Shown here piece by piece: positions 23,408 to 34,913 of a stretch of DNA of 64,000 bases; positions within the stretch are counted from its first letter, which is position 1, and every line of letters starts with the position of its first letter. The notes below the pieces were generated by a model. That model did not search any database, was not told the DNA's origin, and saw nothing but the letters and a program-made list of their open reading frames with translations. Position numbers and translations under genes: made by a program. The DNA comes from Vairimorpha necatrix (taxonomy: Eukaryota): assembly GCA_036630325.1 (NCBI GenBank), contig CP142737.1, positions 744,001 through 808,000 on the forward strand, read 5' to 3'.

Positions 23408-23737
23408 ATGATCGTGTTTAGAGATCTCTGTGACACTTATTCTCATTTCTCCCCCTCAGATTTATACACTAATTTCATGAAGTACAAGTCCCAGTATATC
23501 CCCTCTTCTGTATCTGACCCCAATATTCTGCTATGTTACAAATACACCTTCTTTTATGTCTTCACTGACTCAAAGGTCAAAATCAAGACATTCTGTGGGG
23601 ACAAAATCAAAGAGAAGATCTTTAAGACTTGTCTCAGGGAAGTGAGGAATAATATGAAGGAATATAAAAAAACAGTGGAGGGGAAAAGTCAAAATGAATT
23701 TACGCCCATTTGTAATTTATATTCTCTCCATAAATGA
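23408..23737 (+). CDS. Hypothetical protein
   Basis: 109-aa ORF, CCCC before ATG, divergent from RNA14 within the gene island. Confidence 0.7.
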   Translation: MIVFRDLCDTYSHFSPSDLYTNFMKYKSQYIPSSVSDPNILLCYKYTFFYVFTDSKVKIKTFCGDKIKEKIFKTCLREVRNNMKEYKKTVEGKSQNEFTPICNLYSLHK

Positions 23738-23914
23738 AATATATCTTGATTCTTAAATATCTTTTGATTAGTCACAATATATCTTAATTTATTATGATCA
23801 GTCATGATATTTATTATATTATTATGATCTATCATATATTTTTATTATATTACTTTGATCTATCATATATTTTTATCTTGGTCTCTTTTTATCTTGATTT
23901 TTTATCCCCTTCTT

Positions 23915-24238
23915 ATGTCGTCCCCTTTGGCTTCCCTCACTACTGACTTTGATAATCTTAAAGATTACTTCATAAAATACAAGAAATACATCACTGGTAT
24001 TCTCGGGTACAAAATAGACCTCAAAGAAGACAAAATAATCCTCAGTTCTTTATACTCATTTGATAGTGAAGACCTCTTAATATTTAATATTAATAAGGAA
24101 AACATAGAATTAGTGAACAATTCATTTGCCAGTCAGTTTAACAATGAAATACAAATTTATCTTGTGAAGGGAGGGAGTGTGCCTGCTTTCTTGTCAGCAG
24201 TGACACTTAACTTGTTCAATCAGAAGACATTCACATAA
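23915..24238 (+). CDS. MAD1: Mad1 C-terminal-domain protein (spindle checkpoint)
   Basis: ILGYKIDL...LSSLYS...VPAFLSAVTLNLF matches the Mad1 CTD pattern; ATG 23915 follows CCCC. Confidence 0.75.
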   Translation: MSSPLASLTTDFDNLKDYFIKYKKYITGILGYKIDLKEDKIILSSLYSFDSEDLLIFNINKENIELVNNSFASQFNNEIQIYLVKGGSVPAFLSAVTLNLFNQKTFT

Positions 24239-24478
24239 TTAAATTATTCATTCTTTTCTAGTTGTAGTATATTAGTAAGCAACATCTTACATATCATATA
24301 AGTAGTATTGTATCTTACTTCTTAAATATTGTAGTATTATATCTTGCATATTATATCTTACATATCATATCTTGCATATATAAGTAGTATTATATCTTGC
24401 ATATATAAGTTGTATTATATCTTACATATATTAGTAGTGTTATATATCATAAAATTTTACTAGCAATGATTATTCTGT

Positions 24479-24814
24479 TTAACAACATTCTTCTACTTCT
24501 TTCTTTCTTGTTATTAGTGTTGATATAAATCTACTTATAATATAACTCCCTATTATATAAACATTCCCAGTCATAGTAAGCATCATCAACAAATATCTAA
24601 ACAAATGACAATACGCAATAAATAAGGAACATCTAAGATCTCTCATAAATCCACTCTTTTTCTTCTTACTAATTCTATATAGAAATATATCATTTATAAT
24701 ACTGAATATTACTATAGTAATATTCAGTATTATAAATCCTAATGGAGATATCGTATTTTTAAAGAAAACATTTCTCATAGAAATATCGGAATTCAATAGG
24801 ATCGAACAATGCAT
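24479..24814 (-). CDS. Ctr-family copper transporter, minimal
   Basis: About three TM segments, YLLMMLTMTGN (MxxxM-T-x-N) motif, C-terminal CC. Confidence 0.7.
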   Translation of the reverse strand: MHCSILLNSDISMRNVFFKNTISPLGFIILNITIVIFSIINDIFLYRISKKKKSGFMRDLRCSLFIAYCHLFRYLLMMLTMTGNVYIIGSYIISRFISTLITRKKEVEECC

Positions 24815-25213
24815 GAATAAATGGAAAAATCTGGTCTATTTATAGTTTTTTGCATAAACAAATTATTTAAGAATTTGTTTGTTTTTACATACAAAAATAA
24901 TTTAAAATAATTCTAAAAAAATTATGGATTTGAAATTGAAAATCAAACATAATATTTTAAAACATGATAAGTCTTAGAAATAAGTACAATAAATTTGCAT
25001 ATTTTTATAAATTAAAAATATATAATCTTTTTTATACATATTTATTTTTTTGAAATTTGCATATTTAATTAGATCAGAAAATGACTATTAATAATTCCCA
25101 TTTTATTTAGAATATTAAATATTTGCTTGTTTTTATGGAGTGACTATAAGACATTCCTATTTTCTTTGACATTTCTTACTGTTAATTTTTTTGCTTATTT
25201 TTTTCCCCCTTAA

Positions 25214-25510
25214 ATGTTTATACCAGGAATCTTCGTATCTCACAGAAGAGCTCTAAGAAGAATTAGACATACTCAAGCACTCATTAAAATCAACAATGTA
25301 GTCAATAAAGAGCAGGCTAAGAATTATATTGGTCATGTAGTGGTCAGTAAAAGATTAAATGATGATAAAACTCCAAGAGATGTAGAAGGAGTAGTCATTG
25401 GAGTACATGGGAATAAAGGACTAGTAAGAGTCAAGTTTGAGAGAAATATGCCGGCTAAAAGTGTTACTAATGTGGTAGAAGTCAGATTAGTAAAAAAAGA
25501 AATAAATTAA
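25214..25510 (+). CDS. RPL35A: 60S ribosomal protein eL33 (L35a)
   Basis: ALIKINNV...YIG...[23 protein letters not shown]35Ae signature. Confidence 0.92.
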
Positions 25511-25605
25511 AAATTTAGTATAAAGATGGTGTTTATTATACTTAATTATGTTAACTTCTAATATAAAATGTAATAAATATATATTTTATAGCTGAAACAT
25601 TTGAA

Positions 25606-25815
25606 AGTTAAGTCTCATTCTAAAATTTACCATATTTAGAACTTACGTCTTATTCTAAATTAGCTATATTTAGAACTTACGTCTTATTCTAAATTGGCCA
25701 TATTTAAAACTCAAGTCTCATTCTAAATTGGCCATATTTAAAACTCAAGTCGTTGTCTAAATGAGCCATATCAGAACTTAAGTCGCCGTCTAAAATGTAC
25801 CATATTCAGAACTTG
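25606..25815. repeat. Minisatellite, about six degenerate 34-bp units
   Basis: Unit like ACTTACGTCTTATTCTAAATTGGCCATATTTAGA repeated in tandem. Confidence 0.85.
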
Positions 25816-26107
25816 TCTAAAAACTGCAGATTTAGAAAGATAAAATCTTCCATATTTAAAATAATGCACGGAATTGTTATTAATGTGTCTATGTTTCATG
25901 ATGTATGCTCTATATTAAATATGAGTACTCGATTGCATTTTTTATTAATTTATAAGCAAATGTAATTTATTTTAGAAGAGACAACGAATCTATTACGATT
26001 TTTTGAAATGTATAAACTTAAATTTTGTATTTCTATAGTTTGCAAATAAAAATTTGTATAAATCTACATCTAAATATACTTTATATGGTACATATATTAT
26101 TATAATA

Positions 26108-26300
26108 TTGACGCAGGAGAATAAGAAGCGGCTAGAGCTGTAAGCGCACTAGAACATTTGGCGACTGCTAAAGAAATGATTCGTTGAAGTTGAATGAAGC
26201 TGAAAATTTGGAGTTAAAAAACGAAAATAATTCTACAGAAACTTAGTCTGTGAAGAGCTGAATTCACTGAGCGATACTGGAACAAGCTGTGCTACAAATA
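26108..26300 (+). mobile_element. RLE non-LTR 3'-end fragment (subfamily A)
   Basis: GACGCAGGAGAA...AGAGCTGTA...GCGACTG...GAGCGATAC aligns with 1336-1525. Confidence 0.8.
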
Positions 26301-27362
26301 ATTAAACTTAAGGAAAAATAAATAAAGTATAATATTGGCACTACTAATATTATTTTACTAAACTAAAATGTCAAAAATGAGCGGAATGGATTTTGGAGCG
26401 TTATGTGTAGAGTGAGCATTTATTAAAATTTTTAAATGAATAAAAAATAAAAACACAAGGGATTGAACAATATTCTCATTATAGGAAAAAAGATACACAT
26501 AAGAAGGTATTACAGTTTTATGTAAAATAACACGAGCTTATAAATTTATTTTTTGAAGAATATAGATTATTAAACGAAAACTATTTTATGATTTAAATTG
26601 TATCGTCGCACGTGATGTAAATAATTGATAATATAAATGTCTTCGCTTATATATTTAAGTCTCTTATAACATTTCTATGCATTATTTAGTCCTCAAGCGG
26701 CCTTTCGTATCCCTAAAAAGACTATTAAAAAATTTAATATATTCGATATAGAGAAAGTTTGTTTATTTGTATCTGATATCAGTTATAAGAGTGATAAAAA
26801 AACCTTGTTTGTAATATTTACATGACCATTGGGGCTTTTTTAATCATTTAATTGTATCACAATTTTTTTTTGTATAAATATTGGTATTTTACTTGCTTGT
26901 GCATGTTTCCGGTCTTTTAAATATCAATCCTAATGTTTTGACATATGATTTTTTTCCAGGTTGAAGAAATAACAATAATTTATTTATTTTTATAAAAAAT
27001 TTGCTTTTCATTGTATAATCAAACTCAACATAAAAAACCATTTCAAAATGATTGTTGTCTGGGAAAAATATATAGAACTAAAGATATATATATCACTTAG
27101 ATATAAATAAATCGAAAGAAATGACGTAATTTAATGTAATAAAAAAACAAACAAACAAAATATAAAATTTAGCTAAAATCTAATAAGATAACAAAAACCT
27201 CGTATAATAAATACCACCGTGGTAACAAAAACTTCCTAAACAAACATAATTTTTTTTTAAGTTTATAATGGCAGAACCGTTAACTATTACAAAATACGCA
27301 GACATTTGAAGATCCACGTATTAATTAATTTTATATAAATATCAATTTCTCATTAATCCCCT

Positions 27363-28217
27363 ATGAATATAAATTTTTTATGTTTTTTAAACATATTACT
27401 GTTAATAAAAACATCTGATGTTTTATCGAAAGAAAACAAGGTCACAGTTAAAACTGATGAGGTTGTAGTTCAAGAAAACAAGGTTGCAGTTGAAAATGAT
27501 GAGGTTCTTGTTCAAGAAGACAAAACCACAGTTAAAAATAATGAGGTTGTAGTTAAGGATGATAAGACCGTAGTTTTAGAAGGAAAAACTGTGTTTAAAG
27601 ATGACAAGTCTCTAATTAAAGCAGCAGAAAAGGTAGAAGAAAATCCATCACAGTTAGTTTCTGACGAAAATCACGAAGATAGAGATGCTTATAATGAAAA
27701 TGTATACGTAACTTTAACTGATTTTGTTGATAAAATATCTAACTTGATGTCTATCCAGTATGACTGGCAAAAAGAAGTGTTAATAATGATATTTACAACT
27801 TTTTATGGGCAAGCCGGTGTTAAGACTCTTCTATACACTGCCGCTGGTTTACATAATACTTCTAATTTTACAGTATTGGTCGATCCTAATGATAGTTCTA
27901 AGTATAGGAGTAGAGGACTACTACAAATTCAACATGAAAGTAATTATCGAACACTTACCTTTTTATCAAATAAAGTGGATTATTTAAGTAACCCGGATCA
28001 ACTCGAAGCCCTTAGTCAATCAGTTATAGGTGACACTGTTAAATTTTATGAGTATATGCTAAGAGATACATATACATTTAGGAATTATGTAAGAGTAATG
28101 GGATTAGGTGATTATGATCACATCAAAGATAGGCCTGATATAGTGAATTTTGAAAAGATTTTTACCAATTTAAAAAAACTCTTTAGAGACGTTCCAGGAG
28201 AAATTAGCAAGGACTGA
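27363..28217 (+). CDS. Secreted GH19 chitinase/lysozyme-like protein with an N-terminal repeat stalk
   Basis: Signal peptide; 14-aa repeats (ENKVxVxxDEVxVQ); LHNT..F and YRSRGLLQI...NY GH19-like motifs. Confidence 0.75.
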   Translation: MNINFLCFLNILLLIKTSDVLSKENKVTVKTDEVVVQENKVAVENDEVLVQEDKTTVKNNEVVVKDDKTVVLEGKTVFKDDKSLIKAAEKVEENPSQLVSDENHEDRDAYNENVYVTLTDFVDKISNLMSIQYDWQKEVLIMIFTTFYGQAGVKTLLYTAAGLHNTSNFTVLVDPNDSSKYRSRGLLQIQHESNYRTLTFLSNKVDYLSNPDQLEALSQSVIGDTVKFYEYMLRDTYTFRNYVRVMGLGDYDHIKDRPDIVNFEKIFTNLKKLFRDVPGEISKD

Positions 28218-28327
28218 ATTAAACTATTATTTTAAATTTTATATAGCAATATTTACTTTTAATATCAATTTATTAAAAAAATCTACATTATTTTGCCCGT
28301 AAGTAGAAGCTGTATCGTAAATGAAAC

Positions 28328-28644
28328 TGTCATGCGGTAAACCTACGCTGACCATCAGAATTCCCAGTCATAATGAATTCTGCATTTGTTTAGCACAAAT
28401 GAGATATTTGACACTTCCAGTAATTTTACAATTATGTTACAAATATGCGTTCTACACATATTTGTACGACTTTTGTTCTATATTTATTTCCCGCCCAAAA
28501 TGGTACATTTTGGAGGGAAACGTTTAGAATGCATATTTAAGCAAATACCCTGAGAAGGGCAGAATGAGTAATAAACGTTTAATTAATAATTCATCTTCTT
28601 TAAGTAAGCCCGCCAAGTATTGTCTAGAGACTAACTCGACAACA
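28328..28644 (+). mobile_element. Solo LTR related to element 3
   Basis: TGTCATGCGG...CGACAACA, 317 bp, with its own TSD GAAAC (28323-28327 and 28645-28649). Confidence 0.93.
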
Positions 28645-28916
28645 GAAACATTTATAATTAAATAAAGGAGATGGATAAATTTTCTTGCTTGATATCGTGT
28701 ATTGTAAGCATAAAAAGAATAAAGACATACACTTATTGATTATGCTACTACAAACCAATGGATTAAATGATCAATAAAAACAATGATTCAATATTTTAGT
28801 TGTTGTAAACATCGTTTATAAAAAATTTGTTTTATATCATTTACTTTTTAAAAAAATTTGATAAAAGAAGAATTAGTAATAACTCATATTCGCATGCATC
28901 TGTCATTTTATGGGTC

Positions 28917-31900
28917 TGTCATGCGGTAAACCCACGCTGACCATTAGAATCCCTAAACCCAAAGACTTTTGACATGCGTTCGGAATAAATTAAATGTTTG
29001 ACACTTTTTGGTGTACAAACATTTATGACGTAAATATGTGTCTTACACATATTTCTACAATTTCTGTTTTCTTTTTATTTCCCTCCAAAATGGAAATATG
29101 TTTAATTAATATTTGCTAAAAAGTATTTAAGCAAATTGCCCCAAGAAGGGCACGATGAGTAATAAACGTTTAATTGATAATTCATCTTCTTTAAGTAAGC
29201 CCGCCAAGTATTGTCTAGAGACTAACTCGACAACAAGTGGCGACAACGGAGAGATTTCAGAAAAAGATTCCCTTGGCCTGGTAATGGAAGGATTGAAGAA
29301 TTTAGCACTAACTGACAAACTGAGTGAATTCAATGGTTATGAGAATGAGGATCCCAAGGCCTTTCTAGATCAATTTCTGGCATTTGAGACAAAATGGGCT
29401 GCAAATTATCTGCACCATAAGATTACGAGTATGCTGAAAGGAAAAGCAAGCCTGTGGTTTAAAGCCCACGAAAAGAAATTGGAAACCTATAAAAAATTTA
29501 TTGAAGGCTTTAAAAAGAGATTCGTCAAGGAAGTAAAAGTTACAGAGAACGCAGAGTTCTTTTGGAGATGTATCCAGGAAGGACCCAAGACCTCAGATGT
29601 AATCTCTTATTACTATAGTTTACGAATTTACGGAGAAGAAAATGAACTTTTATATACAAGAGCTAAGGAAAGAATCGTGGAGTTAGTAGAGGATGAACAT
29701 TTTAGATTTCATCTCAACACGTGTGAAAATTGGGACGAACTTGAAGCCTACCTGGAAGAAAACGAAAAGCCGATGAATAAAAAATTACGTTATTTCGGAA
29801 GAAAGCAAAGCATTACTACATTTCCAAGAAAAGAATTTGCAAAGAGAGATCAACCCGTTAACAAAGTAGTCGCAGAGTCGACAGGGCGATCAATATCCGA
29901 CGGAATGAGGAAAGTCCTTAGTATCTCAGCTAAGGTGAAGAATCAGGAAGATAATAGACCAAGAATTGAGTTGGTCTATGGCGATAATATTGTGAATGCA
30001 CTTTTAGACACAGGAGCTACAGTGACGGTAATTAAAAAAGCAGTAGCGGTACAACTCGACGCTCCCATTCAGAAAGAAGCCGGAGAAATTAAGGGCTTAA
30101 AGGGAGGGCGTCAGATTGTAGGTAGATGTTACCTAAACATAAAAAAGAAAGGTGAAAAACAGCCGAAAGGTTTTAATTTCTTAGTAGTCGAAGATATGGA
30201 GGAATCGATGTTGTTAGGCATTGAGGAGATTCGAAGACTAAATCTATTTTCATATCTTGCTCAGAAGAAGCAAAAAGATAAAATCACAAACAAAAATATT
30301 GTAATGGAAGCTAAGTTTGAAAACGAAGTAATAGAATCCTGTACTGATATTCAAGAATTATTAGAAGACATTGATTGCGACGAAGACAATACCAAACAAG
30401 AATTTAAAGACTTGATATCTGAATTTGGAGGCGTGTTTCAGGATGAAAATAAACAGATAAATATTGATATAGAACATGCAATCGAGCTGATGGAGGGTTC
30501 CAAAATGTCTATATGTCCTAAGTATAAACGATCTCCGGAAGAACATGAGACAATTAGGACAGAGGTTCAGAAATTCCTAACTCAAGGTTTGATTGAAGAA
30601 AGCCAGAGCCCATATGTGTCACCAGTGGTACTAGTAAAAAAAAAGGATGGTGGGTTGAGATTTTGCATCGACTTTAGAAGACTAAATAAAATTACTATAC
30701 CATACGAATATCCGATCCCGCGTATCGACGAAACTTTGGATCAATTGCAAGGCGCAAGAATTTTCAGTGTAATGGATGTAGAAGCAGCTTACAATCAAGT
30801 AACAGTTAAAAAGGAGGACCGATTTAAAACAGCATTTTACACTAGAGAAGGAGTTTTTCAATGGAAAAAGATGCCGTTTGGGCTTATTAACGCCCCCTTT
30901 ACATTTCAAAGAATAATGAATAAATATTTTAAACAGTATATGCATAAATGCGTCATGGTTTATTTGGATGATATTCTAGTATTTTCAAAAGATCACAAAT
31001 CTCACTTAATACATCTGAGACAGATTCTCGAAATTATCAGAAAAATAGGATTTAAGTTAAATAAAAAAAAATGTAAGTTTGTGCAGGAAAAAGTCGAATT
31101 CCTAGGTTATGAGGTAATTAACGGTAAAGTAGAAATACCGTTACAACAAAAAATGAAAACTATGGAATGGAAGACACCGCAGACAAAGAAGGATATCCGG
31201 GCATTTAACGGATTTTCGGCATTCTTCAATAGGTTTATCAAGGATTATGCACAAAAGATGTTACCCCTATATGAATTACTAAAAGGAAAGGAAAAAACTA
31301 AGTTTGTTCTAAGCGAAGAAGCATCAGAAGCTTTTGAGATAATGAAAGCAGAAATAAGAAAGGCGTCGGGATTACTTTTACCTAACTTTGATAAAAGGTT
31401 TTATATCGACACTGATGCATCGAACTTGGCAATAGGAGCCGTATTATCTCAATTGGATGACTACGAAAATAAATTAATGCCTGTAATCTGTTTCTCGTTG
31501 AAGCTTTCAGCTGAAAAAATTAATTATACAGTGACCGAAAAAGAGTGTTTGGCAGTAATTTGGGCGGTTAAAAAGCTTCGAGTATACCTTACTAGAGAAT
31601 TTACCATAAGAACTGATCATCAGGCCTTGAAATGGCTGTTAAATTTGAAAGAAACATCAGGAAGGTTAATGAGGTGGATACTCACTCTTCAAGAATATAA
31701 TTATAAGATCGAATACCTACCAGGAAAGATCAACGTGATCGCAGACGCAATGAGTAGGATAGTGATGAATGTCGCTGAAGAGAGACCCAAGGAAATTTCA
31801 GAGGAAGCTAAATTGGAAGCTATTATGAGAAGTCATAATGACTGTGGACACGGTGGTGTGGATGCCACGTATACCTTATTGAGAAAGGACTTAATCTGGA

Positions 31901-33182
31901 AAGGGATGTATAATGAAGTAAGAGATATTTTAAAATCATGTTCTGTTTGCAATAAATTCTCACGAGGCGTAAAAAATTTACAGAAAATAAGACTCCCTTT
32001 AACTAATCCACTGGACAAAGTTGGAATCGATCTCGTTGGACCTCTCCCAAAATCGGAAAACGGCAATAAATTTATAATTATTGCAACGGATTATATAACG
32101 AGATGGTGTGAAGCTGAGGCGATAAAAACAAAATCGGCGAACGTTATAGCTGAATTTCTTGTAAACAAAATATTTTTACAATATGGCCCTCCAAAAGAAC
32201 TGTTGTCAGACCAAGGAACTGAATTTACCAATTCACTGGTTAAAAGAGTGTGCAACATGATGAGCACCAAGAAATCGTTTACCTCGAGCTACAATCCTAA
32301 ATGTAATGGATTAGCCGAGAGAACAAATCAGACTCTGATAGGAAAACTAGCAAAGATAGTGGACGGGCGTTGGAAAGAATGGGATGAGTACTTACCATAT
32401 GCCGTATACGCATATAGAATATCTCCAAGAAGATCAACGGGACATTCTCCATATGAATTATTATTTGGTAGAGCACCTAATCGGGTTGTTAATGAGAATA
32501 AGTTATTCTCAGAGGTTGAAGAAGATAATAACTTAATTATTGAGCGACTAAATCAATTTCGAGATACATTATTAAACTTAGAACGAGAAATTAGACTGAC
32601 GGAAATGGACAGAGTGAAACCAGAACAAGATTCTGAAGACTTAAAGCTAAACGATTATGTAAGAAGAAGGAAACAACCAAATGAACGTTTAAATAAACTA
32701 GATAACAGGTTCGATGGTTTTTTTAGAATTATTAAAGTTGGAAGAAATGGCAACTATGATATTGAAGACGTTTTAGGAAAAAGATTTTCAGTCAATCGAA
32801 AGGATATCATGAAAGTTGAGGAATCTGATCCAGCAGAGTGGATCACTTCTAAGAGGGGAAGTATGTCATGCGGTAAACCCACGCTGACCATTAGAATCCC
32901 TAAACCCAAAGACTTTTGACATGCGTTCGGAATAAATTAAATGTTTGACACTTTTTGGTGTACAAACATTTATGACGTAAATATGTGTCTTACACATATT
33001 TCTACAATTTCTGTTTTCTTTTTATTTCCCTCCAAAATGGAAATATGTTTAATTAATATTTGCTAAAAAGTATTTAAGCAAATTGCCCCAAGAAGGGCAC
33101 GATGAGTAATAAACGTTTAATTAATAATTCATCTTCTTTAAGTAAGCCCGCCAAGTATTGTCTAGAGACTAACTCGACAACA
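28917..33182 (+). mobile_element. Full-length Ty3/Gypsy LTR retrotransposon (element 3)
   Basis: 319-bp LTRs (28917-29235 and 32864-33182; one mismatch seen, 29176 G vs 33123 A), TSD GGGTC, PBS TGGCGAC, PPT AAGAGGGGAAG. Confidence 0.97.
29155..32919 (+). CDS. Intact single-ORF Gag-Pol polyprotein
   Basis: 1254 aa; LLDTGA, YLDD, TDAS, RTDH, HHCC, IDLVGP..SDQG..ER. Confidence 0.96.
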   Translation: MSNKRLIDNSSSLSKPAKYCLETNSTTSGDNGEISEKDSLGLVMEGLKNLALTDKLSEFNGYENEDPKAFLDQFLAFETKWAANYLHHKITSMLKGKASLWFKAHEKKLETYKKFIEGFKKRFVKEVKVTENAEFFWRCIQEGPKTSDVISYYYSLRIYGEENELLYTRAKERIVELVEDEHFRFHLNTCENWDELEAYLEENEKPMNKKLRYFGRKQSITTFPRKEFAKRDQPVNKVVAESTGRSISDGMRKVLSISAKVKNQEDNRPRIELVYGDNIVNALLDTGATVTVIKKAVAVQLDAPIQKEAGEIKGLKGGRQIVGRCYLNIKKKGEKQPKGFNFLVVEDMEESMLLGIEEIRRLNLFSYLAQKKQKDKITNKNIVMEAKFENEVIESCTDIQELLEDIDCDEDNTKQEFKDLISEFGGVFQDENKQINIDIEHAIELMEGSKMSICPKYKRSPEEHETIRTEVQKFLTQGLIEESQSPYVSPVVLVKKKDGGLRFCIDFRRLNKITIPYEYPIPRIDETLDQLQGARIFSVMDVEAAYNQVTVKKEDRFKTAFYTREGVFQWKKMPFGLINAPFTFQRIMNKYFKQYMHKCVMVYLDDILVFSKDHKSHLIHLRQILEIIRKIGFKLNKKKCKFVQEKVEFLGYEVINGKVEIPLQQKMKTMEWKTPQTKKDIRAFNGFSAFFNRFIKDYAQKMLPLYELLKGKEKTKFVLSEEASEAFEIMKAEIRKASGLLLPNFDKRFYIDTDASNLAIGAVLSQLDDYENKLMPVICFSLKLSAEKINYTVTEKECLAVIWAVKKLRVYLTREFTIRTDHQALKWLLNLKETSGRLMRWILTLQEYNYKIEYLPGKINVIADAMSRIVMNVAEERPKEISEEAKLEAIMRSHNDCGHGGVDATYTLLRKDLIWKGMYNEVRDILKSCSVCNKFSRGVKNLQKIRLPLTNPLDKVGIDLVGPLPKSENGNKFIIIATDYITRWCEAEAIKTKSANVIAEFLVNKIFLQYGPPKELLSDQGTEFTNSLVKRVCNMMSTKKSFTSSYNPKCNGLAERTNQTLIGKLAKIVDGRWKEWDEYLPYAVYAYRISPRRSTGHSPYELLFGRAPNRVVNENKLFSEVEEDNNLIIERLNQFRDTLLNLEREIRLTEMDRVKPEQDSEDLKLNDYVRRRKQPNERLNKLDNRFDGFFRIIKVGRNGNYDIEDVLGKRFSVNRKDIMKVEESDPAEWITSKRGSMSCGKPTLTIRIPKPKDF

Positions 33183-34913
33183 GGGTCAATACCGTAATTT
33201 AAAACCATAATAGAATTGTGAAAATTTTAAATTAGTATTTTTTGTACACAATTCATTAATGTTAATTTTAATTTCAATTTTTTTATACTTAAGTTAAATC
33301 TAAATAATAAATAACAATGTATGGTGATAAAATGATAAAAAATCGAAAAACATATTGCATAGTGCGATTCAAATTTTTTTTTCTAAATTAACTTCTTAAT
33401 CATCTCCATAGTTTTGTTATTGTTAACACGTGTAATGTGGAGTTGTAAGCGTTTGTGAGGAGCTTAAATTATAAGTACGGCCCTAGTTGTAAGTAAATAC
33501 ATTTGTTTTTAACAACATTGTGTATTTTTTATCATTTGCACCCGGTGTAATACACGATTTTATTGTTGTTCTGTTTTTTTATATATTTTGTGTACCCTTC
33601 ATTTATATATTTTTATTGTGAAAAATAAACAATTGATTTTAGAAAGGCAAAAAGCTGTTGTATAAAGAAACATACATACTTTAAACGCGTAGCCTTCGCG
33701 CGGACTCAACAAATATTATATATATTATAAGATACGACCCAACATTGATTTATATCAAAAAAAGAAAGCGGTATTTAAATATCAACGGATGATTGTGATG
33801 ATATAATATAAATAAATATTCAAACAGTGTTATAAAATTACAGTTTTATGTTTTTAAATTTTTTTTTTTGTATTTTCAAAGTAATTTACTTTGCTAAATA
33901 ATAATATCACCTTTCTATTATACTAAGTATGCGAGTTAATTTTCTAATGATAGGCATAAATCTAATTCAAAATTTTTATGGGGTATTTTTCTGAAGTTTT
34001 ATGTCTTCGAAATTTACCTTTTTTATTAAATTTATAATGTTCTGTTTTGGTTTTATGTGAGCGTAAAAAATATTTTATAATTGTTATAGTATATCATTCT
34101 ATATACTTTTTAAAATATTAAGGTAAAAAATTTCCCTTTTAAAAAAAATAATTTGTTTCAGTATATATTTCCACGTTATGTAGACTCTAGTCATTATATA
34201 AGATTAATTGTAATGTAAATGATAGTTTAGGAATTTATTTTAATATTGCATTATTGTGGTTTATAATACAATATACAAGATCAAGCATAAAATTTATTTG
34301 TTTAATGATAATTTCCCTTCTTAATATATTTAAAAAGTATATATTCTTTAATATTAGCCTTAACATACATAAAGTGTTCATATGGAGTTTTTTCTCTAGA
34401 TAATTAAATAATATGTAATAGTTATTAATTATTTTGTTAAAAAAACTATAGAAAGCAAATATAAAATATTTTTTATAATTTCTATACATTTTTGAGCAAA
34501 ATTGGTGTTTTATAGCACATTGTACATAATTTACCCTTATCTTTATCTTTATATTTTTTTATGATAAATTGCAGACTTCATGTTTTTTATATATTTGAGT
34601 ACTCCAGATATTAATATCTTCTAAAATAAACAAATTTTAATGTTTTTTGGTTAACGTGTTCCAATTTATCTACAAATAAACAAAAAGGATTTTAATACAA
34701 AAAAAAATTATGCATAACAAAGAAAATAATATAAATACTACAAAAAACTTTAAGCAAGATTGTTTTATTAAACAAACAAACAAATTGTTTTTTTTTTGTT
34801 GTTGTTGCTAATAAAGTAATCGATGCCAGTTAAAAATGAAATCATTTTTATTAAATTTTGATTTAAATTAATTTCTTATAAATTTAATTTCTCTGTTAAC
34901 CCTCACAATTAAT

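Noticed and set aside
25606-25815. CRISPR-like array
   Set aside because: Units are contiguous with no unique spacers; eukaryotic context and no cas genes
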